This document shows, one piece after another, positions 1-13,122 of a stretch of DNA of 64,000 nucleotides. Both the position numbers and the translations under genes were made by a program. The notes beneath the pieces are model-generated. The model searched no databases and was not told the DNA's origin. It worked only from the letters and a program-made list of their open reading frames with translations. This DNA comes from Paraspadella gotoi (lineage: Eukaryota > Animalia > Chaetognatha): assembly GCA_051294375.1 (NCBI GenBank), contig JBJCIZ010000239.1, forward strand, positions 4,776,953 through 4,840,952, read 5' to 3'. Numbering within the stretch: the first letter of the stretch is position 1; every line of letters starts with the position of its first letter.

Positions 1-489
1 GACAAATAAGTATGACATTAGACGACAATGACAACGAGAGACAACAACAACTACGACGGACGCACGAACAACGACAACGAACGTCTCCCTTTCTCTTTTT
101 TTTTGAAAAAAATTGCGGACAAAAGATGGAATATGCGGGAAACGTTTAAGCGATCGACGGACGATGACGACGACGACGACGACGACGACGAGAAAATGGA
201 CAAAAAGATTAAATGAAGGAAAGAAATGGATGATAAATTGTAGAATTAGGAAGGAGATCGAGAGAGAGATGAGAGAGAGACGAAGAAGAGATGAAGAGCA
301 GAGAGAGACGATCGCAGAGACGAGAGAGAGCAGCAGATAATAGAAATGGAAATGGTGGGAAAATGAAAGAATATGGAAATGAAGAAGAAAATGATTACAA
401 ATCGAAACGAAATGGTTAGAAAATGAAGAGAATTAGAAACCATTGAAAGTATTTAAATAAAAAACTATGTGTGGAAACACAAAATAAGT

Positions 490-835
490 GGGATATATTT
501 TCCCATTAAGGTCCCCATATCATCCTAAATTAGAAAATTAAGTTTAATTAAATTCGAATATTGGGTTAGAGGTAAGGGTTATGGATTAGGTTATAGTAAA
601 ATGATTAAGGTTAGTGAATAGGTTAGCGGTTAGGGTTAGGGAAAAACGTTTTGGGTTTGGTTTTAGGGTTTAAAGATTAGGGCTTAGGGTTAGGGTTAAT
701 GACTAGGTTCGGGTTAGGAGTAAGGGATTAGAATTAAGATTAGGGATAGGTCTTAAATTATAGTTAAATATTAAGTTGAAAATAAAGTTAAGGGAATTAG
801 GAACAGAAATGGGGCGCTTGTGGAAAAGATAGCCC
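490..835. mobile_element. MITE-like non-autonomous DNA element with ~30 bp TIRs and internal degenerate (TTAGGG)n
   Basis: Left end gggatatattttcccattaaggtccccatatc is an imperfect reverse complement of right end gaaatggggcgcttgtggaaaagatagccc. Interior is ggttagggttaggg-like. The same termini recur elsewhere in the window. Confidence 0.65.
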
Positions 836-1049
836 AAAACTAATTGAGTTTTATATTTTGTATAATTCGTCCGTCTTAATTCAAAAGCGAAGTCGATAGA
901 GATAAGAATTTTTCTTCTGATTTTACGTCGCGAATTTTATTAATTGTTTTATTAATTGTTTATTAATTGTTTATTAATTGTTTTATCTGTGAATTTACGA
1001 TTAGTTTATTTATTTTGTTTTGTTTTTTGTTTTTGTTTTTTATACAACG

Positions 1050-1282
1050 AGTGAAAACGACGACAATGGCGATGACGACGACGTCAAAGATGACAACGAT
1101 GAGGACGACGACGACGACAATGAAGACGAAGACGAAGAAGAAGACGACGACGAAGACGACGACGACACCTACAACGACGAAGCCAATGCTGAAGCCGAAA
1201 TGGAAAGACTGTTTCCCGTCGGTGTTCGACCTTTGCAACCCCTGCGGCACGGGCCTCTCGCTGTCCCGTCCTCTCTCTCCGT

Positions 1283-1352
<70 letters not shown>
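1050..1352. repeat. (GAC)n-like and (CT)n microsatellites
   Basis: Direct inspection; these tracts generate the poly-D/T and poly-LS/ER ORFs in the track. Confidence 0.9.
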
Positions 1353-1355
<3 letters not shown>

Positions 1356-2186
1356 TCTTCTCTCCTCATTCCCTTTCCCCTCTCTCACTGGCGGATGAAA
1401 AGCCTTTTGAGCAAAGGAAAATGAAAACCGCTTCCTTCCGGTACAACCTGACACAGTTGAGGAGAGAGAGAAGAGGACGAGAGAGAGAGAGACGAGAGAG
1501 AGAGAGAGAGAGAAGAGAGAGAGGTAGAAGACGAGAGAGAGCGATGAATAGTTCGATACCGCGTAGCAAATTTCGCGTAACATAACTTTTTTCCGCGGGC
1601 GAGAATGCGATCAACAATATAGCCGTAACAACAGCCGGTGTTCGTTCTTCTCTCTCTGCCTCTGACTCTTCTCTTCGTCTCTTCTCTCTTCTCTCGAGTC
1701 TCGTCTCTCTCCTGGCTCTCTCTGTCTCTCTCTCTCTTCCCCTCGAGTGAGTTAATATTGCAACAGAGAATTTTTTCCCAGTTTGTGTGGTTATTTCTGT
1801 CTTACGTCAAAACTTCAAACGACCTAACTTAAAAGACTCTGTACAAATTTATCTCAAAATTTTTTTTTGTCAGGAAATTAGGACATAGAAAAAATCGTCC
1901 GAAGTAAACAATCTTCGGTCATTTAGGATACAAAAAAAAAATTATAAAAATCTATTCTAAAAATTCAATACTAAAAAATGTTATCTTAATTGATTATGAA
2001 CAACTTTAAAATCATTTTTACGAACATGGTTAATGTAAAAATAAATATCATTGAACGTTTTTTTGGTTTTCAAACTTTTTCTTTCGGTTTTGTCAACACG
2101 AAAAAGTAGAGGGAAGGAGAGCAAGGAAAATAAAGGAATTGGGAGAGAGAGAGAGAGAGAGAGAAGAGAGAGCGAGAAGAGAGAGA

Positions 2187-2227
<41 letters not shown>

Positions 2228-2639
2228 GAGAGGAGAGAGAGAGAGAGAGAGAAGAGAGAGAGAGAAAGAGAGAGAGAGTAGAGAGAGTAGAGAGTGAAAA
2301 GAGAATAGAGGGAATTTCGCCTTTTTCCCCAGACACGAATTATTTTTCGTCTATTCCGAGTTTTCGGCTCTGGTCTTTATTTTCAAATGCAACAGTTTTA
2401 TTTGTATATATTAGATATCATAATATATTATAATAGTACATTAGTACAACTAATATTAAACTTATCAATTTATTTTGTATATAAACAATTCCGACAACTG
2501 CATAACTAATGAAACAATATATTTCATAAATAAAAAAATGACGTGATTTCTGACGTGATTTATAATATAGTTTTAAACGATACGGAAAGCTTATTAGAGA
2601 TGAGAAGGCAATAAGGAGGTGAATAAGGAAAAAGGGAAA

Positions 2640-2812
2640 AATTATGAAATTGGTACAACCAATGTAAAAACCATCCATTCATTCAATAAACAAGCTATCT
2701 TGCCCCCGACTTTGGTGGTTTAAGGCCAAGATAATGACGTAACAGGTCCCTGCAAGCTTTTCAATCAAGACTCTCTCACACTCCACTATTTTACTGGCTT
2801 CCCTATCAATTA
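2640..2812 (+). repeat. Dispersed repeat family B, copy
   Basis: Core atcttgccc..actttgg...caggtccctgcaagcttt.caatcaagactctctcac...ctggcttccctatcaat, shared with 21379, 27260, 38845, 44490 and 56040 (reverse). Confidence 0.8.
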
Positions 2813-2960
2813 TGTGAGCCTATAGTAACCATTATGTGAATCTCCTGTCATGTCATATCATGTCTGGTGTTCATCTTGGATAAACACGTGAAACGAGCGT
2901 GAAAAAACGACTGAGTAATTAAAATAAAAATGATTTAGTAGTTGATTAAATCGGGAGAGG

Positions 2961-3011
<51 letters not shown>

Positions 3012-3718
3012 AACGGTCGGTTTGAATCGACCTTCGAACGAAACGGAGCGAGGGAGAGAGGTTATTAGAAATGAATGAATGAACGAGGAAATTAACAAAT
3101 GAATGAATGAATTACGAAATGAATGAAGAAATGAATGAAGAAAGAAATGAAGAAATGAATGAAGAAATGAATGAAGAAATGAACTCTCGAAAAGATGATG
3201 ATTGATGAAAACTGAAAAAAATCGAACTGATGAAAAAGAGGGACGAATGAAGACAGTCAAGTGGGAGAAAAACAGAGAGAGAGAGAGAAAGTGAGTGAGA
3301 GAGAGAAAATAAAAATAAAAAAAAAACTCAGTGAATAATTGAGGCCTTTGTTTCTTTCTCTCTTTTCCACTGTTTTTTTTTGTTTTTCTTTTTCTGGCTT
3401 TTTCTTTTTTCTTTTTCCAGTACTGAACTTAAAAAACTCGTACTGGGTCGGATCTGGTCAGAGATAACGACTTTTTCCCTCTACCAGTGTAAATGTTTCA
3501 TTTTATTTTGTCTTTTCTTCAGTGCAAAGGGTTCACATATCTCTGATTCGTGTTTAAAAATCAACAAAAAACATAAATATAAACATAATAAGAAAAATAT
3601 TGATTTTTCACAACGAATTTTAATTCACATTGTTACAGACATGTTTCGAATAGTATTTCTATTCATCATCAGTGTAAAAAGATTTATGGATCACAAGTTT
3701 AGCAATGTTAAGAATGAG

Positions 3719-3757
<39 letters not shown>

Positions 3758-3779
3758 CACACTAAATAAATAAATAAAA

Positions 3780-3814
<35 letters not shown>

Positions 3815-4240
3815 AAAATATAAATAATAAAAATAAATAAATAAAAAATAAAAAATAAAAATAAAAATAAAAAAATAAATAAAATAAAAAATAAAAAAAA
3901 TGAATAAATAAATAAATAAATAAATGTAAATAGAATAAATAAATAAATAAATAAATATTAGAATGAATAATGAAATATGAATGAATGAATGAGAATGATG
4001 AATGAAATGAATGAATGAATTTGATATGGAATCAGAATAAATAAATCAAATAACAATTAAGATGAATAGTTTGAATAAATTCATTTTCCCGAAAATTTTT
4101 AAAGCACATTTGATACACTATCTCCATTTTATTTTATTAACAGACGGCGTCTGAAAAAAAACACATTTCTAAACAATAACAACAACGTACAACAACCACA
4201 ACGTTCTCAAGCTGACGACTCGGACCAAAGTAAGTGTTTA

Positions 4241-4291
4241 ACCAATCAGATCTAAACTAAGTCCCTGGCCAATCAGATTAAAGTGACTCAT
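4241..4291. promoter_or_regulatory. Candidate regulatory cluster: two CCAAT boxes plus a TGACTCA (AP-1-type) site
   Basis: accaatcaga at ~4241, gccaatcaga at ~4268, tgactca at ~4284. Motif match only; mirrored at ~15460-15510. Confidence 0.3.
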
Positions 4292-4399
4292 GAGACTGAA
4301 AAAAAGTCCCAAGGCCTATTAAGACTTTAGTTTTTTTTGTATTGAATGTAATTTCTTATATTGAGGTTTCCAGTCAATTAAAAAAACGATTTTTTTTCC

Positions 4400-4625
4400 C
4401 TCATTGAGTAAAGCCATCAGCTCATGACCACTAGGTAACCGGGTTCAATCCCAACCAGTACCTACCCTGCGGGAAGCGTGAGGACGGCCGTAAGCCGACT
4501 TGGGGCATGGCAAACCCTCAAGCCTGGTTCTAAAGCCCATGGACCCGTTCCATGGCTGCTAGAGGCGTTTTTAGAAGTTTATGGACTGTCATCTTCTGCC
4601 CACGTAGCGCCTTATCCACACATAT
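4400..4625 (+). mobile_element. tRNA-derived SINE, copy 1
   Basis: B-box-like ggttcaatccc, then a conserved body ctaccctgcgggaagcgtgaggacggccgtaagccg...ccttatccaca shared by six copies. Confidence 0.8.
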
Positions 4626-4883
4626 ATATAATTATTACAATTATGCAAAACAATTATACATACAAATATCCAATTATACAATTTCTTCTATTTTTAGTCT
4701 ACTTTGTTTTTTTTTATTTTCTCTTTAATCTCATGTTTTTTACTTATATTCTTCTCTGTTTCCCAACGATCCGTTCGTTCTCTGTTTGTTGGTTTTTTTT
4801 TGTTTTGTTTTGTTTTTTCTGTGTCGCTCAACAATTCCAGAGTCTGAAATCTCACTCGCCCGGTTTTTTTTCGATGGTCGTCG

Positions 4884-4897
4884 GTTGCCATGGTTAC
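4884..4897. promoter_or_regulatory. RFX X-box motif
   Basis: GTTGCCATGGTTAC reads GTAACC-AT-GGCAAC on the minus strand, matching GTNRCC-N0-3-RGYAAC. Lies in a locally CpG-rich patch; mirror at 14859-14872. Confidence 0.5.
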
Positions 4898-5350
4898 CAG
4901 AGATCGCTAAATAAAACGCGACACGGACGCAATTTATTGGCGTCGCGTTTGTCGGTCAGTCGGTCTGTATGTCAGTAATTTTTTTTAAAAATTTTTGTAA
5001 TAAAAAAAATTTTTTTAAGGCGAACCTCTCACATGCATTCTGGCAATATATGTACATTGTACAATAAACCTGACATAATTTTATTTTTCTCAAATATTGA
5101 GTCTACCGTTTTTTCCGAAGCAAACTACAGTTACCCCGTTTAGTAACGAGTAACGACCATTATTACCACAGTAATAACAACCGTTACCAAGTTAGTTAAA
5201 GACCGTCGACGATTTCTTAACGACCGCAATTTTTCCTGCTTCGTAATTTGGGGCACAAAATCGTTAACGTTTTTTTCGTTATCTTCGCCGACAGCGAAAT
5301 GTTTCCACCCAGAGGGGTCTTTCTCTCTGTTTCTCTCTTATCTATTCACT

Positions 5351-5402
<52 letters not shown>

Positions 5403-5540
5403 CTCTCCTCTCTCTCTTCTCTTCTATTTCTCTCTTTGATTTCTTCTTTATTTCTCTTTATTATTCTCTTTTTTCTCAATCTCACTCTTTCTCTTTCTCT
5501 TCTCTCTTATTTCTCTTTCTTTCTTTCTTTCTTTCTTTCT

Positions 5541-5571
<31 letters not shown>

Positions 5572-6279
5572 TTTCTTTTCTTTTCTTTTTTTCTTCTCTC
5601 TCTCCTCTCTCTCTTTCTTTCCTCCTCGTTTCTTATTTTTGTTTGTTTTTTTTCAGATCTAGAACGGCTGAAGAGTGAGCAAAAGGAAAAGAAGAGGAAA
5701 AGAAAGAAAAGAGGAGAAGGAGAGGAATTGGAAGAAGAATTGGAAGAGGAAGTGGAAGTGGAAAGAAAGAGGGAATTAGTAAGAGGGGAAGAAGAAGAAT
5801 TGGAAGAGGAAGTCGAAGAGGAACAGGAGAAAGGAGATGGAAGAGGAAGAGGAGAAGGAAGATCTTATAAAAAATAAAACTTCAAGAGAAAAGAAAAAAG
5901 TTTCTCTTCTGAAAGAAAGAAATGGGGAAAAAAACGAGGAAGGAAAGAAAGATAGAAACAAAAATATAAAGCAAAAGAAAGACAAGAAGGAAAGAAAGAA
6001 AGAAAGAAAAAGAAAGACAAGAAGGAAGAAAACTGCGGGAAAAAAATGAGGGAGGGAAAAAACAAGTGTTTTAAGCGGGAAAAAAAGGGAAAGTTTAAGG
6101 AGAAACAGAAAGAAAAGAAAAAAAGAAAAAAAAAGAAAGTGTCGTCTTTAGAAGTCGTGCAATGAAAGAAAAAACAATGCTAAAAAGCAAATGCAGAATA
6201 AGCAATGTAAAAAATAAGGTACGTAAAACAGATATAAGAAAACTCCACAAACGATCATTAGAACTACATCGAGAGAACT

Positions 6280-6475
6280 GAAACCAAACGCCCAATCTAA
6301 ATTAAGTTTTGTTTAAAGATTATGTTTTAGATTAGTTTTAAGGAATTAGGTTAGTGATTAAGAATTAGAGTCAGGGATGAAAGTTATCCGTTTGGTAACA
6401 GATTGAAGCTAAATATTCGAAGTTAAAATTAATTTAAGGATAGAAGAAATGAAGCGCTTTGGGAAAAAAAAGCCG
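6280..6475. mobile_element. Degenerate copy of the TTAGGG-containing MITE
   Basis: ttagg-like interior ending in gaaatgaagcgctttgggaaaa; mirror at ~13318-13520. Confidence 0.5.
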
Positions 6476-6678
6476 AAGAGATGATGTCATAAAGTTGTGA
6501 TAAAATCACTGTATTATCTAATATTTATGAAATAAAAATCGTTAAATCTCTCTTCAAAACTTTATTTTAGATATAAATCACAAAAATTGAGAAAAAAAAA
6601 GGAAAACAAAGAAGAGAATAATAGAAAACAACTTTTTGTCGTTTTTTCCCACTGCCTGGAAATTTTCTCAGAATCTCT

Positions 6679-6721
<43 letters not shown>

Positions 6722-6724
6722 AAG

Positions 6725-6857
6725 CCGCTGGAGAATCTCTCCACATATTTGTCGGTCCCCCCGTCGGTTATACCGACATTTGTCGCCCAATAAAGGGACG
6801 AACACCCGTGACGCTCTCGACAATCCATAAACCGATAAACTCTTCTCTTTTGTTGTG
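6725..6857 (+). CDS. Candidate internal coding exon, product unknown
   Basis: (CT)n tract then AG acceptor; open frame AGESLHIFVGPPVGYTDICRPIKGRTPVTLSTIHKPINSSLLL; GTGAGA donor at 6858. The mirror copy carries indels. Confidence 0.3.
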
Positions 6858-8960
6858 GTGAGAAGAAGAGAGAGAGGAGAGAGAAGATGAGAGAGAGGAG
6901 AGTCATCATACTCACGCTCTCCAACGCAGCCGTCCACCGGAGCAGCGGCGCGCGGGTTGCCGACCCGACTCACTTCTCCTTCCGGGCCTTCTTCCGCTCG
7001 GATCGGGCGCAGCATTTTTCTCGTTCTCTCGATGGTGAGGTCGGGGCCTTCTTCCGGTCGAGTCGGAGACGGATCGGGGCCGGGATATCCTCTCCTCTCT
7101 CTCTCTCTTTTCTCTTTCTCTCTACTTGCTCTTGCCGTCTCTCTCTCTTTCTATTCTTTGTTTTTTTTCTTTTAATTATTATTTCTGTTTTTAATTTTCT
7201 CATCAAATTTATTTATAATTTAAACTTGGAATAATTTTTTTAAATAACTAATTTTGTGATAAGGATTTTTAGTTAAATTTATTTTTATGCACTCTCATCG
7301 GTAATCAAAGAAAAACCACACCAACTTTTAATAACGACATTCTCTTTTAGGGATTAGAGCAGTAATCAACAAATTTTTTTTCTTATAAGCCAAAAAAATA
7401 AATAATGAATTTGAGAAAAAAATAAGGCTTCTTGAAATAATTAACCAGCAAAAACAACAAGAAAATAAAGAAATTTCCAAGCTGAATCCAATTACAACAA
7501 ATTATCATCTTAAATTAGAGAAAAGGCCGTTTTCAAAAATACAAAATTTCAGTGACATTTGTAAAAAAGAATCTTTTTATTTTATTTTGAGAAGTTAAAA
7601 AGTAACTAGGAATATTTCAAAAAAAATATGAGCTCTATACCAACTTTGTAGACAGCTGACAATAGGCTACATTTGCATACTATGTTTTTTTTTTTAAATT
7701 GACCTAAGGTTTTTAATTGATTTGTGAATTTCGTGAAATATTAAAAGGTAAGAAATCAAGTTTGGATGCTCAAAATTCAAAGACCTCATTTGGGTCCGAG
7801 AAGAATGAAGTGAAAATTGATAATGTCAGATATTTAATGTAATTAATTAAAAGTAGTAGTACAATAGCAGTAGTAGTAGTAGTAGCTCAGTAGTAGTAGT
7901 AGTAGTAGTAGTTAGTAGTAGTAGTACTATTAGGATTTCAGAAAAATGTCTTGCACGGGCTTTTGTTTTTCACAACTTTGCTCCACTCCCCTGGTATAAG
8001 CCTAAGGCGGACCTCTCAAAACGTAGGCAACTAAGGAAGCTTTCTGAGACAAATGGCAAACTTAAAAAAACTGCGAGACTTTTTTGAAAATATGATATTA
8101 AGTCAATCAATTCTAAATTTAAATTAAATGGTGGAGAAATTTTATCTGCTTCAAAAATAAAAAAAAAATATTTTAAAATTTTTTGACATTTACTATGTAT
8201 AAATATGGGGCTATGCGAAAATTAAAAATAAAAAAAAACATATTTACAAAATATTCATTGCTTGCCACAGCCTCAAAATTTGATTCTACTTTGATCTTAA
8301 AATTTTTTACTCTTTACTCTTCATTATCGTCCTTCACGATAACAGAAATTGCAAATAATAGTATTATCCATCTCATTTACGGTCATTTTTATCTTTTATC
8401 AATTTTCAAATTGTTTTTCAGCATATTAATCATTATTGTTAGATGTATAAACTTTTTTATTGATATTATTATTTTCAAGCTAAATCTTAATACTTTAAAA
8501 AAAATGTTGCTAAATTTTTTAATATTTTTTTCCTTCTTTTTTCTTTCTTTCGTTTCTCTTTCGTTTTTCTTGTCTTTCTTTTGTTTTTTGTCTTTCTTTT
8601 TTTTTTTGACATCGTGAAATGGACCCTACAATAACTGTTAATATTTTTCAAAAAGGCCTTATCTCTTTAAAAGAGGGGATCACGGGTCCGCCGCGAACCC
8701 ATGATCGATCGCTCAGACCGAGAGAATACCTCGGCCTGGTGACGAGGGTAAGCAGAGAGAGAAAAGAGTTAAGTTCACCGCTGCAGCTCCGATCGGATCG
8801 ACTTTGCGCCGCGCGATCCGCGGACGATAGGCAGGAAGGAAGAGGAAAGAGGGGAGTCAAGAAGACCGAACGCGGTACAAGTAAGTCGAAGGCAGGGAGA
8901 AGCCGCTCTGGACACGTGAACGGAGAGAGACACGAGCCGCGCGGGAGCAGAGTTACTCAC

Positions 8961-9288
8961 CGGGTCCGCTGGCAAAGAACACCTGCGCTGATGAGAGATT
9001 CGGCATGGGGCTGGACTTAACTGAAGTTTGATGGGTTCGCTGATTACCCATGAGAAAGAGAAGAAGATTTTATCCGTTAAAGAGAAAAATCTGGTGTTAA
9101 TGTAAAATGGGAGGAGGGGCATAATGTTGAGAGAAACGAGGTCCATGAGGGATCTGACGAGGAGGTCCAAAAGATTACGAAGGTTTACTAGGATTTCGGT
9201 GGGGGTGTAATTGTCCCAGAAAAGGCCCAACTGCCCAGTTTGGGATTCCCCTTCCGAAAGCCCTTGAGATTTGATTTGGAAAGTGGAT
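8961..9288 (-). CDS. Candidate coding exon (left-arm copy), product unknown
   Basis: Exact mirror of 10524-10851. Confidence 0.35.
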
Positions 9289-10523
9289 CTGCATGTACAC
9301 GGCAGTGTGAGAAATGGAGAGATAGTAGAGTGATTGACCGTATGAGAGGAGAGAGAGAGAAGAAGAACGAAGAGAATGACAGAAATAATGAACGTGAAGT
9401 ATGAGAGTGCAATGTAAATCCAGAGTATTTCCCGCTTCACACAAGAAATGCGGTGAAAGAGAGAACCATGTATTGACCACCAATTAATTATCAAACACAA
9501 TTATTTTCTTCCAATATCAGAATGATAATAGTATATATAATATATAGAACATACTTGATATCAAACATTATGATCCCTTTTTTACTTTCTTTAATTTCCT
9601 TAATTCCTTAATTAAGTTTTCTGTTATTTTTATTGTTTATATTTGTTGGTTTATTCTTTTTTTCGCTTGGTTGAGTTTAATAAGAGAATATTGATTTTCA
9701 CAACGAAATTTTAATTCACATTGATATAGACATGCCAATGTTAAATTTTTTTTAAACTTTTAAATTCTGGTTTGCCTTTTCCCCTTTAAATTTTCATTTT
9801 CTTTTTCTCTCCTGTATCCCTCAATCTGACCTAAAACTTTAGCTGTTCCTTCACCATTTTTGGTCAACTTTTCCCTCAATTCTTTGTCTGGAAGCTTTTT
9901 CTCTCACTCTTTCTTCTATTTTTCTCTCTCTCTCTCTCTCTCTCANNNNNNNNNNNNNNNNNNNNNNNNNCCAACAAAGAATTGAGGGAAAAGTTGACCA
10001 AAAATGGTGAGGACAGCTAAAGTTTTAGGTCAGATTGAGGGATACAGGAGAGAAAAGAAAATGAAAAGTTAAAGGGGAAAAGGCAACTCAGAAATTAAAG
10101 TTTAAAAATTTACATTGCATGTCTATATCAATGTGAATTAAATTTCGTTGTGAAAAATCAATATTTCTCTTATTAAACTCAACCAACGAAAAAAAAGAAA
10201 AACAACAAATATAAACATAAAAATAAACAAAAACTTAATTAAGGAATTAAGGAATTAAGAAAGTAAAAAAGGGTCATAATGTTTTGATATCAATATTTCT
10301 ATATATATATATATTATATATATTTCTGATATTGAAGAATAAAAATTGTGTTTAATTATTTTTCATACATGGGTCTCTTCTTTCCGCTTTTTCTGGTAAC
10401 AAAACTTTTTTTACTGCACTCTCTCTCTCTCTTTCTGTCATTCTCTCTCTCTCTCTCTCTCTCCTCTCATACGGTCAATCACTCTACTATCTCTCCATTT
10501 CTCACACTGCCGTGTACATGCAG

Positions 10524-10851
10524 ATCCACTTTCCAAATCAAATCTCAAGGGCTTTCGGAAGGGGAATCCCAAACTGGGCAGTTGGGCCTTTTCTGGGACA
10601 ATTACACCCCCACCGAAATCCTAGTAAACCTTCGTAATCTTTTGGACCTCCTCGTCAGATCCCTCATGGACCTCGTTTCTCTCAACATTATGCCCCTCCT
10701 CCCATTTTACATTAACACCAGATTTTTCTCTTTAACGGATAAAATCTTCTTCTCTTTCTCATGGGTAATCAGCGAACCCATCAAACTTCAGTTAAGTCCA
10801 GCCCCATGCCGAATCTCTCATCAGCGCAGGTGTTCTTTGCCAGCGGACCCG
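10524..10851 (+). CDS. Candidate coding exon (right-arm copy), product unknown
   Basis: TGCAG acceptor downstream of pyrimidine-rich sequence; open, non-repetitive frame STFQIKSQGLSEGESQTGQLGLFWDNYTPTEILVNLRNLLDLLVRSLMDL...SLPADP; CCG|GTGAGT donor. Confidence 0.35.
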
Positions 10852-12909
10852 GTGAGTAACTCTGCTCCCGCGCGGCTCGTGTCTCTCTCCGTTCACGTGT
10901 CCAGAGCGGCTTCTCCCTGCCTTCGACTTACTTGTACCGCGTTCGGTCTTCTTGACTCCCCTCTTTCCTCTTCCTTCCTGCCTATCGTCCGCGGATCGCG
11001 CGGCGCAAAGTCGATCCGATCGGAGCTGCAGCGGTGAACTTAACTCTTTTCTCTCTCTGCTTACCCTCGTCACCAGGCCGAGGTATTCTCTCGGTCTGAG
11101 CGATCGATCATGGGTTCGCGGCGGACCCGTGATCCCCTCTTTTAAAGAGATAAGGCCTTTTTGAAAAATATTAACAGTTATTGTAGGGTCCATTTCACGA
11201 TGTCAAAAAAAAAAAGAAAGACAAAAAACAAAAGAAAGACAAGAAAAACGAAAGAGAAACGAAAGAAAGAAAAAAGAAGGAAAAAAATATTAAAAAATTT
11301 AGCAACATTTTTTTTAAAGTATTAAGATTTAGCTTGAAAATAATAATATCAATAAAAAAGTTTATACATCTAACAATAATGATTAATATGCTGAAAAACA
11401 ATTTGAAAATTGATAAAAGATAAAAATGACCGTAAATGAGATGGATAATACTATTATTTGCAATTTCTGTTATCGTGAAGGACGATAATGAAGAGTAAAG
11501 AGTAAAAAATTTTAAGATCAAAGTAGAATCAAATTTTGAGGCTGTGGCAAGCAATGAATATTTTGTAAATATGTTTTTTTTTATTTTTAATTTTCGCATA
11601 GCCCCATATTTATACATAGTAAATGTCAAAAAATTTTAAAATATTTTTTTTTTATTTTTGAAGCAGATAAAATTTCTCCACCATTTAATTTAAATTTAGA
11701 ATTGATTGACTTAATATCATATTTTCAAAAAAGTCTCGCAGTTTTTTTAAGTTTGCCATTTGTCTCAGAAAGCTTCCTTAGTTGCCTACGTTTTGAGAGG
11801 TCCGCCTTAGGCTTATACCAGGGGAGTGGAGCAAAGTTGTGAAAAACAAAAGCCCGTGCAAGACATTTTTCTGAAATCCTAATAGTACTACTACTACTAA
11901 CTACTACTACTACTACTACTACTGAGCTACTACTACTACTACTGCTATTGTACTACTACTTTTAATTAATTACATTAAATATCTGACATTATCAATTTTC
12001 ACTTCATTCTTCTCGGACCCAAATGAGGTCTTTGAATTTTGAGCATCCAAACTTGATTTCTTACCTTTTAATATTTCACGAAATTCACAAATCAATTAAA
12101 AACCTTAGGTCAATTTAAAAAAAAAAACATAGTATGCAAATGTAGCCTATTGTCAGCTGTCTACAAAGTTGGTATAGAGCTCATATTTTTTTTGAAATAT
12201 TCCTAGTTACTTTTTAACTTCTCAAAATAAAATAAAAAGATTCTTTTTTACAAATGTCACTGAAATTTTGTATTTTTGAAAACGGCCTTTTCTCTAATTT
12301 AAGATGATAATTTGTTGTAATTGGATTCAGCTTGGAAATTTCTTTATTTTCTTGTTGTTTTTGCTGGTTAATTATTTCAAGAAGCCTTATTTTTTTCTCA
12401 AATTCATTATTTATTTTTTTGGCTTATAAGAAAAAAAATTTGTTGATTACTGCTCTAATCCCTAAAAGAGAATGTCGTTATTAAAAGTTGGTGTGGTTTT
12501 TCTTTGATTACCGATGAGAGTGCATAAAAATAAATTTAACTAAAAATCCTTATCACAAAATTAGTTATTTAAAAAAATTATTCCAAGTTTAAATTATAAA
12601 TAAATTTGATGAGAAAATTAAAAACAGAAATAATAATTAAAAGAAAAAAAACAAAGAATAGAAAGAGAGAGAGACGGCAAGAGCAAGTAGAGAGAAAGAG
12701 AAAAGAGAGAGAGAGAGGAGAGGATATCCCGGCCCCGATCCGTCTCCGACTCGACCGGAAGAAGGCCCCGACCTCACCATCGAGAGAACGAGAAAAATGC
12801 TGCGCCCGATCCGAGCGGAAGAAGGCCCGGAAGGAGAAGTGAGTCGGGTCGGCAACCCGCGCGCCGCTGCTCCGGTGGACGGCTGCGTTGGAGAGCGTGA
12901 GTATGATGA

Positions 12910-12951
<42 letters not shown>

Positions 12952-13083
12952 ACAACAAAAGAGAAGAGTTATCGGTTTATGGTGTCGAGAGGTCACGGGG
13001 TTCGTCCCTTTATTGGGCGGACAAATGTCGGTATAACCGACGGGGGGACGTACAAATATGTGGAGAGATTCTCCAGCGGTCTT

Positions 13084-13122
<39 letters not shown>

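Larger units (their letters stand above)
3770..9890 (+). repeat. Left arm of ~12 kb inverted repeat
   Basis: Reverse complement of 9971-16000. Mirrored ORFs 6970..7206/12606..12842, 8183..8617/11195..11629 and 8619..9020/10792..11193 are identical and share coordinate sum 19812. Confidence 0.95.

Noticed and set aside
560-760. Telomere or chromosome-fusion site
   Set aside because: Repeats are short, highly degenerate, dispersed in both orientations and bounded by shared inverted termini.
963-1617. ORFs of 130-200 aa (poly-ER, poly-LS, poly-T/D) and similar ORFs throughout the window
   Set aside because: They are translations of stop-free AG, AAAG and GAC microsatellites, open in several frames and on both strands.
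8619-9020. 133 aa ORF duplicated in both palindrome arms
   Set aside because: No recognisable domain, Arg/Ser-rich as expected from GC-rich antisense sequence, and splice-like signals occur on both strands, so it cannot be called a gene.
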